Position numbers and translations under genes: made by a program. Positions 58,571 to 64,000 of a stretch of DNA of 64,000 nt are shown one piece after another. The DNA comes from a virus (lineage: Duplodnaviria > Heunggongvirae > Uroviricota > Caudoviricetes), in the IMG/VR virus record IMGVR_UViG_3300028833_000002. One strand, 5' to 3'. How positions within the stretch are numbered: position 1 is the stretch's first letter; the number at the start of each line of letters is the position of its first letter. The notes beneath the pieces were generated by a model. That model saw only the letters and a list, made by a program, of their open reading frames with translations. It made no database searches and had not been told where the DNA came from.

Positions 58571-58639
58571 GAAGTGAGGGCAAATGGTAAGTCATTTAGT
58601 TACAAACTAAAAGGAGTGGGTTCGATTCCCATCGCTTCT
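58571..58639 (+). tRNA. atypical tRNA, anticodon ACA as folded (3-bp D-stem)
   Basis: The acceptor is gaagtga/tcgcttc. The loop is ttACAaa. Confidence 0.35.
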
Positions 58640-58642
58640 TTC

Positions 58643-58712
58643 GCGGCGAGGACAAATGGAAAGTCGCCGTCCTCATAAGTCGGAGATAGTAGGTTCGATT
58701 CCTACCGCCGCA
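58643..58712 (+). tRNA. tRNA-Met/fMet/Ile2 (CAU)
   Basis: The loop is ctCATaa. The 5' acceptor is formed by a copy of the TCGCGGCGA motif. Confidence 0.6.
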
Positions 58713-59014
58713 ATCGGTCGTCGCAGACCAAGTATTGGTTGCTATTAACCAATTTAGAGTGTAGATGGTGAATGGTCTTCTACATAGTCCATCATACTCT
58801 ACCAGACACAGTAGAAGAGTGGGTTGGAAGTTTTTTATCATGTTTCTTACAAAAATACATGGTTGACAGGTAGACCAAAGAGAGCCTACTGCTGAACGAG
58901 GAGAGAGGACGTTCCGGTTTTCCCACTAGCACCGTAACGTTAGTAGGGAGCGGAGCACTGCTCAGTGTGTGGTCGTTGGCGGGATGGAGTCATCGTGAAC
59001 AAGAATTCCATCCA

Positions 59015-59098
59015 AATTTATGGACAAGTGTGGAAAGCGGCGAAACCAGCGGACTGTAAATCCGTGACATTAGAAACACCGAAGGTTCGAGTCCTTCC
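59015..59098 (+). tRNA. tRNA-Tyr(GUA), type II
   Basis: The loop is ctGTAaa. Confidence 0.7.
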
Positions 59099-59342
59099 TT
59101 GTCCATTATGTTGAAGCAGTTTAATGAGATACTTCATAACAGAATTTAAGGATGACACATTCTATTATATTTGATTTCTCGTCAAGAAATCGCGGCTAGC
59201 CCAAGGCAGAAATTGGGCATTTACTTCTCATTAAGACATTCTCAACAGTTATTTTTTAAAATTGACAGAAGCAGTATGAACACTTACTTCATTAGACATG
59301 CAATCTGATTTTTAGTCGTGTTCGTTATATTCTCTGTCCTCA

Positions 59343-59413
59343 GCAGATGTAGTTTAATGGTAAAACCTCCGGCCTCCACCCGGAAAATATGAGTCCGATT
59401 CTCATTATCTGCT
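59343..59413 (+). tRNA. tRNA-Gly(UCC)
   Basis: The loop is ccTCCac. Confidence 0.65.
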
Positions 59414-59429
59414 TTAGCCGAAGCATTAG

Positions 59430-59507
59430 AAAACGGTTACTTCAATTGGTTTGAAAATTTCTTTGCTCAGAAATAGTGCGGTTCGAGTCCGTTTAACCCG
59501 TTTTCAC
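59430..59507 (+). ncRNA. tRNA-like element: perfect 7-bp acceptor (gaaaacg/cgttttc), T-arm-like GGTTCGAGTCC, non-canonical anticodon region (6-bp stem with 6-nt loop, or 8-nt loop)
   Basis: Hand fold. Confidence 0.3.
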
Positions 59508-59604
59508 CTTTCTCGGTCATTAGTTTTAAGTCGATGCAATATATACGGTTACTTCGACAGCCTGTTAACCTGTAATTGATACCTTCCGTATATAATTTTC
59601 TCGA

Positions 59605-59677
59605 CTATATGCTCCTGTAGCACAATTGGTAGTGCGCGAAACTTGTAATTTCGAGGTTCTCGGTCCGAGTCCGAGTG
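59605..59677 (+). tRNA. tRNA-Thr(UGU)
   Basis: The loop is ctTGTaa. Confidence 0.7.
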
Positions 59678-59685
59678 GGAGCTTA

Positions 59686-59716
59686 AATAATGACCGGATA
59701 GTTTAACTGTCCGGTC
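59686..59716 (+). terminator. rho-independent terminator closing the tRNA island
   Basis: Hairpin gaccgga/tccggtc followed by TTTTTT. Confidence 0.6.
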
Positions 59717-59726
59717 TTTTTTATTC

Positions 59727-59755
59727 TTTACTTTTAAAAGAAATTATGTTATAAT
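59727..59755 (+). promoter_or_regulatory. promoter family copy (ahead of 59788 and Ro60)
   Basis: TTTACT-17-TATGTTATAAT followed by TTATAGAAAGTTAAGAGAGGAAAAG. Confidence 0.55.
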
Positions 59756-59787
59756 AATTATAGAAAGTTAAGAGAGGAAAAGTGAGT

Positions 59788-60081
59788 ATGACAACACCAC
59801 AATGTTTTGAAATAATCTCAGAAGAAAAACTCAGATTAATGCCCACGAAAAATCTTATAGACCTTATGAGAGTTTATGATTATATTCGCCCCGATTACAC
59901 ATATGACTGCTATTGGAGCAATTGCAGATGCCAAAAGGCTTGTAAGGCTCTTCGCCGCGAAATGGCAATGAGAATTTACACAATTCTCAAAACAAGACCT
60001 CACATCCCAAATAAGGCAGAAGCTAAGAAAATAAGACAAGAACGTGCGGCAAAGAGATTTAAGACAACATCCGCAAGATAA
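59788..60081 (+). CDS. basic Cys-containing protein immediately upstream of the Ro60 gene
   Basis: A ribosome-binding site and a promoter copy are present. Confidence 0.45.
   Translation: MTTPQCFEIISEEKLRLMPTKNLIDLMRVYDYIRPDYTYDCYWSNCRCQKACKALRREMAMRIYTILKTRPHIPNKAEAKKIRQERAAKRFKTTSAR
59951..59961. repeat. exemplar TTCGCCGCGAA
   Basis: Perfect palindrome inside a CDS. Confidence 0.6.
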
Positions 60082-60098
60082 TTAAGGAGGACGATATT

Positions 60099-61754
60099 AT
60101 GAGCAGAATAGCAAGAGAAATTAAGGCAGAAAACAAGACAAAGAACACAGTAACAAACTTTATGGGCGGCAAGTCTTATACAATTAATCCGATTGATACG
60201 CTTAAATTAGTTGCGGCTTCATCAATCTTTGGTGAACCATCTTATTACCGTTCAAATGTAAGAGAAGCAAGATACCGTTGCGACAGACTGGTTGAAAACT
60301 TCTTTCCAGATTACATTGGTAAGACAACAACAGAAATCTTTGAAGATGTAATTGACAATGCTCTTTCTTATGATTTCGGCGCAACACTCGAATTTGCCGC
60401 AGAACTTAGAAATACCTATAATATGAGATTAAACCCACAGGTAATCATGGTTCGTGCCGCAATCCACGAGGGTAGAGCAAAGTTCACATCTGAAAACCCT
60501 GGTCTTTTCGCGGCAATAAATGATAAGGTAATGGCAAGAGCAGATGAACCAGCAACTCAGCTTGCATATTACATCTACAAGAACGGCGGCAAGTCAAAGC
60601 TCCCATCTGTATTAAAGAGAAGCATTGCTGATAAGCTCTCAAAGCTCGATGCATATGCGGTTAATAAGTATAAAAATGCTGAAATCGGCATGATAAATGC
60701 CGTTCGTCTTACACACGCAAATTCTCCAGTGTTAGATGACCTCTTAAATGACAATTTAAAGGTTTCAGATGCCGACGAAACATGGGAACAGAAGCGCTCA
60801 CGCGGCATGGGTTGGAAGGAAATCTTCAACTCAACAAACATGGGACACATGGCACTTTTAAGAAACCTTAGAAACGTTTTCGAGGAAGTTGAAGATATTA
60901 ACTTCGCTAAGAAATACCTTAAGAAGTTAAAGGATGGTGTACTTCGCGGCAAGCAGTTCCCATTCAGATACTACACAGCAATGGGTGTTATCGAAGCATC
61001 AAGAGTTAACTACAAGTCCCTTATCCTCGATACTCTTGAAGAATGTATGGATATTGCTATCGACAATATGCCAAAGTTAAAGGGTAAGACAATGTGCTTA
61101 TCTGATAACAGTGGTTCTGCTTGGGGCGGTATCACATCAGAGTATGGTAGCGTTGTAGTCGCCGAAATCGACAACCTTTCTTCTGTAATTGCTGGAAAGC
61201 TCTCAGACGAAGGTTATGTTGGTAAGTTCGGTGATAAGTTAAAGGTCTTCCCAGTTTCCAAGAGAAATGGATGCTTAATTCAGGCAAAGGAAATCAGCAG
61301 AGATAAGTCTCACGATGTTGGTGGTTCTACTGAAGGCGGCATTTGGGAGTTCCTTATCAACGCAATCAATGATGGTGAGTTCTACGATAATATCTTTATC
61401 TTCTCTGATATGCAGGCTGGACACGGTGGCCTTTACGGCACATCGGTTCAGATGAGCAGATACAGCAGCAAGTATGGTGTTGATGGTGGACGTTATATCG
61501 ACGTTTACAAGTTAGTTAAGGAATACCGTCAGAAGGTAAACCCAAAGGTCAATGTCTTCATGGTGCAGACTGCCGGCTACAACAACGTAATCTTACCAGA
61601 ATACTCTTACAGAACTGCTATCCTCTCCGGATGGACAGGTAAGGAAGTTAGCTTCGCGGCAGACTTCATTAAGAGATGGGATGATATTGAGGACAGACAG
61701 AACGCCCCAAGGCAGAAGTCAAGGTCAAATCTTCCACCAGTAAGATATAGATAA
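60099..61754 (+). CDS. rsr: Ro60/Rsr orthologue (TROVE domain plus vWA/MIDAS)
   Basis: The TROVE signature is GGKSYTINPIDTLKLVAASSIFGEPSYY. The C-terminal MIDAS is DNSGSAW. The size is about 551 aa. An AAGGAGG ribosome-binding site is present. Confidence 0.75.
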   Translation: MSRIAREIKAENKTKNTVTNFMGGKSYTINPIDTLKLVAASSIFGEPSYYRSNVREARYRCDRLVENFFPDYIGKTTTEIFEDVIDNALSYDFGATLEFAAELRNTYNMRLNPQVIMVRAAIHEGRAKFTSENPGLFAAINDKVMARADEPATQLAYYIYKNGGKSKLPSVLKRSIADKLSKLDAYAVNKYKNAEIGMINAVRLTHANSPVLDDLLNDNLKVSDADETWEQKRSRGMGWKEIFNSTNMGHMALLRNLRNVFEEVEDINFAKKYLKKLKDGVLRGKQFPFRYYTAMGVIEASRVNYKSLILDTLEECMDIAIDNMPKLKGKTMCLSDNSGSAWGGITSEYGSVVVAEIDNLSSVIAGKLSDEGYVGKFGDKLKVFPVSKRNGCLIQAKEISRDKSHDVGGSTEGGIWEFLINAINDGEFYDNIFIFSDMQAGHGGLYGTSVQMSRYSSKYGVDGGRYIDVYKLVKEYRQKVNPKVNVFMVQTAGYNNVILPEYSYRTAILSGWTGKEVSFAADFIKRWDDIEDRQNAPRQKSRSNLPPVRYR

Positions 61755-61761
61755 TATAAAG

Positions 61762-61791
61762 GGAGTAGGAAAAATTTTCCTACTCCTTTTT
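61762..61791 (+). terminator. rho-independent terminator after Ro60
   Basis: Hairpin ggagtagga/tcctactcc followed by TTTTT. Confidence 0.6.
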
Positions 61792-61828
61792 CATTTTTTC
61801 AAAAAAATTTTTTGAGATTCGACTAAAA

Positions 61829-61839
61829 TTCGCCGCGAA
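61829..61839. repeat. exemplar TTCGCCGCGAA (intergenic)
   Basis: Perfect palindrome. Confidence 0.6.
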
Positions 61840-61953
61840 AAGAGGGTGATTTTTCTCCTCTAGGTAATTTTTAAGATAAGGTTATTAAAAAAAGTTAGAG
61901 GATTTAGGAAGGCATAATTTGCCTTCTGAGATTGTCATACAAATGAATAGATT

Positions 61954-61964
61954 TTCGCGGCGAA
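61954..61964. repeat. exemplar TTCGCGGCGAA (intergenic, just upstream of a promoter)
   Basis: Perfect palindrome. Confidence 0.6.
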
Positions 61965-61983
61965 AGGAAATATCTGGTAGACA

Positions 61984-62012
61984 TTTACTTTTCTTAAAAA
62001 GTATGATATAAT
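61984..62012 (+). promoter_or_regulatory. promoter family copy
   Basis: CTGGTAGACATTTACT-17-TATGATATAAT followed by the leader. Confidence 0.6.
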
Positions 62013-62058
62013 ATATATAGAAAGTTAAGAGAGAGATAAGATAGAAAGGACTAAAATT

Positions 62059-62481
62059 ATGAACGCTATTGTTTTTGAGAGAGTTAAAGAATATTACGGT
62101 GGTATTCCAAGTTGTAATGTACATATTTTAAGTGAAAAGGATTTCATTGATTGCGTTTATCCAAACCCTGACACTCTTGGTTATGAACCATGCTATGAAC
62201 GTCATTACTTCATAGATGGTAAAGACAGTGGAGTTAGTGAAGAAGCTCAGATTCGATTTGCAAATTGGTGCGATATGACTATTGTTCTTACCTTAAAGAA
62301 CATAGATGAGCACATTGCTAACTTTGAGGAGAAGGTGGGATTTATCAGAGAAACACTTGAAAAGGGTAATTTCCCTCGTATAGTTATAGTTTATTGGGAT
62401 AGACCGGAATACTGGGAAGAAGAACTGAAATTCTTCACAATGGTAGTTGATACTCTTAAAGAGATTAAGGAGGCATTATAA
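62059..62481 (+). CDS. hypothetical protein
   Basis: A promoter copy lies upstream. Confidence 0.5.
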   Translation: MNAIVFERVKEYYGGIPSCNVHILSEKDFIDCVYPNPDTLGYEPCYERHYFIDGKDSGVSEEAQIRFANWCDMTIVLTLKNIDEHIANFEEKVGFIRETLEKGNFPRIVIVYWDRPEYWEEELKFFTMVVDTLKEIKEAL

Positions 62482-62804
62482 TGGGAATACCTAAATACAC
62501 TTATATAGTTAGTTTAAGGGGCGGCAACGAGAAATCCTTTGATAATTATTATGAAGCCTTTGAATATGTGCTTTCTATAAGCACGATTGATTTTGTTGTG
62601 GATTGTTTAAATACTGTAATGGGAAAATGTATTTTTACTCGTGAAACAGTTGGTAGTATGTTCGATTCAAAGAATGTGGCAGATGAACTTACTGAGAAAA
62701 CCTTTGACTATCTTGTAATGAGTTATTGTAGAGATAAGTTTCAACTTCTTACCGAAAATATGTGGTATTTGGGTCATGGCTGGACATTAAGAAAGAAGGC
62801 ATAG
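62481..62804 (+). CDS. hypothetical protein Confidence 0.5.
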   Translation: MGIPKYTYIVSLRGGNEKSFDNYYEAFEYVLSISTIDFVVDCLNTVMGKCIFTRETVGSMFDSKNVADELTEKTFDYLVMSYCRDKFQLLTENMWYLGHGWTLRKKA

Positions 62805-62805
62805 T

Positions 62806-63267
62806 ATGAATGAGATAAAAAGGCTAAAGGCTTGGTATAAGAAGAGAATAGAAGATTGGGAAAATACAGTTTGTGCATTGGGTTTTATCAGTATGATTTT
62901 AAATTTTCTTCTCATGACATTTTTCCTTGTAACAAAAGGGAAAATAGGTTTACTGTTTTTACTTAGTGTGGTAGTACAAGGATTTGGTATTACTTTTCTG
63001 ACTCATGAATATGAGATTGAGAGTGAAGAGGAAAATCTTAAAATCTTTATGAAAAGAGTTGGCGAGTGTTATAAAATGATGGATACTTTTGGCGCGGCAA
63101 TAGAAATTAGTTCTCATAATTATCAGAAAATTTCTTATGATGTGTTAATGAAGGCTTTAGGTGACTATGGTTTTTGTGCAACAAATTCGTCTTCAAACCC
63201 TTTTACATTAAAAGACTATGAGATGAGTAAGATACTTTATTTAACACGTTCTCACGGTAATGTTTAA
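62806..63267 (+). CDS. membrane protein Confidence 0.5.
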   Translation: MNEIKRLKAWYKKRIEDWENTVCALGFISMILNFLLMTFFLVTKGKIGLLFLLSVVVQGFGITFLTHEYEIESEEENLKIFMKRVGECYKMMDTFGAAIEISSHNYQKISYDVLMKALGDYGFCATNSSSNPFTLKDYEMSKILYLTRSHGNV

Positions 63268-63284
63268 TAAAAGGAGAGATTAGT

Positions 63285-63614
63285 ATGGCAGTAATACTTG
63301 CAAGTTTTGAGAAAGCTAAATGGGATTTTACAGAGGGAGATTCTGGCAACATTGATGTCTTTCTTAACGACAACAGTGATATAGATTTTAATTCAAAACT
63401 TATATTAAGTGAAATGCCCAAGAGCCGCGAAAGTCGTTATGACTTTGATATAGAGGGTAGTCCAAGAGGTAAATTCTTTAGTGCTTAGGTTTACATAGAC
63501 ATTGATGATTTGACTGTGGGTGATGGCTTGATTACAGGTGATATTACTGGTGTTTTTGAAAGATGTTTTAATAATTTTGCGGCGGATGAAGACCCTCATA
63601 TTAATCTATACGTA
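63285..63614 (+). CDS. hypothetical protein; TAG at 63486 read through to TAA
   Basis: An AAGGAGAG ribosome-binding site is present. Confidence 0.45.
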
Positions 63615-63627
63615 AGGAGGACAAAGT

Positions 63628-64000
63628 AATGAAAAATTTTTTCTTGTATGATAACTTAAAAACAGAAGATGAAATAAGAAAATATATAAAAGATACTGTT
63701 GAATGGGATGATGTGGCAATAAAAATGGGCGAGCCTTATACCCAAACCAGAGAAGATAATTTCTGTAGAGATTATGAAGAAGCAAGAACTGATTTAACTC
63801 TCTCAGAAATGGAAGAGTGCTTTGAAGAATATGTGGATGACATAGTAGAAGCTGTTAAAATGGGAGAAGAAAAATTCAGTATTACCTACAAAGAAGTAAA
63901 ACATAAACTTATATTGGAAGACTCCGAGGCATTTATTCAAAACTCCAAAATTCTGTTAATTACCGACTGGACGAAAGTTCATGAGGAAAAAATTGGTGCG
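63628..64000 (+). CDS. hypothetical protein (3' partial, runs off the window)
   Basis: An AGGAGG ribosome-binding site is present. The frame is open to the window end. Confidence 0.4.

Noticed and set aside
58596-58841. 81-aa minus-strand ORF
   Set aside because: It overlaps tRNA-Met and other tRNA-like sequence.
60575-60952. 125-aa minus-strand ORF
   Set aside because: It lies inside the Ro60 gene, which has strong family signatures on the + strand.

Overview
This window looks like part of a large, AT-rich dsDNA phage genome. All protein-coding genes I can support lie on the + strand. There is no CRISPR array, no rRNA and no obvious transposon. All coordinates and tRNA folds were worked out by hand and may be off by 1-3 nt.

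The central observation is that TAG is a sense codon here. The supplied ORF track uses the standard code and breaks most late genes into fragments. Those fragments join into very long single-frame ORFs that are interrupted only by TAG and end at TAA or TGA. Three internal paralogues align TAG with Gln. A tRNA with a CUA anticodon sits at about 24714-24788 behind its own promoter. Together these point to amber-to-Gln reassignment (a code-15-like scheme).

Positions 1-17.7 kb are a late structural and lysis module with heavy TAG use. It holds an SGNH esterase-domain fibre, a ~1196-aa fibre-like protein, a glycoside-hydrolase-like protein and a CHAP peptidase. It also holds three paralogous giant proteins, the largest ~1346 aa.

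The remainder is an early or middle region of many small genes. It carries about 29 copies of one consensus promoter (TTGACT/TTTACT, 17-nt spacer, extended TGnTATAAT) followed by a conserved leader ATATATAGAAAGTTAAGAGAAAGGA. This region contains at least 23 tRNA genes in islands (42.7 kb, 44.1 kb, 51.5 kb, 52.4-53.6 kb, 54.2 kb, 58.1-59.7 kb). It also contains an unusually complete RNA-repair or tRNA-maintenance gene set:
- a Thg1-like 3'-5' polymerase
- a P-loop kinase fused to an HD domain
- Rnl2-like and Rnl1-like RNA ligases
- two metallophosphoesterases
- a Macro domain protein
- a Ro60/TROVE orthologue

Other notable genes are a PurA/PurZ-family adenylosuccinate-synthetase homologue, a vWA protein, an SPFH protein and a UvrD-like helicase. 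There are two GIY-YIG nucleases, a candidate R-M pair (small nuclease-like ORF plus an N6-adenine methyltransferase), and a HAD 5'-nucleotidase. An iteron-type origin with an adjacent initiator gene is also present.

A striking DNA-level signal is an 11-bp GC-rich palindrome, TTCGCSGCGAA (core TCGCSGCGA). It recurs roughly once per kb, inside genes, in all reading frames, in an otherwise AT-rich genome.
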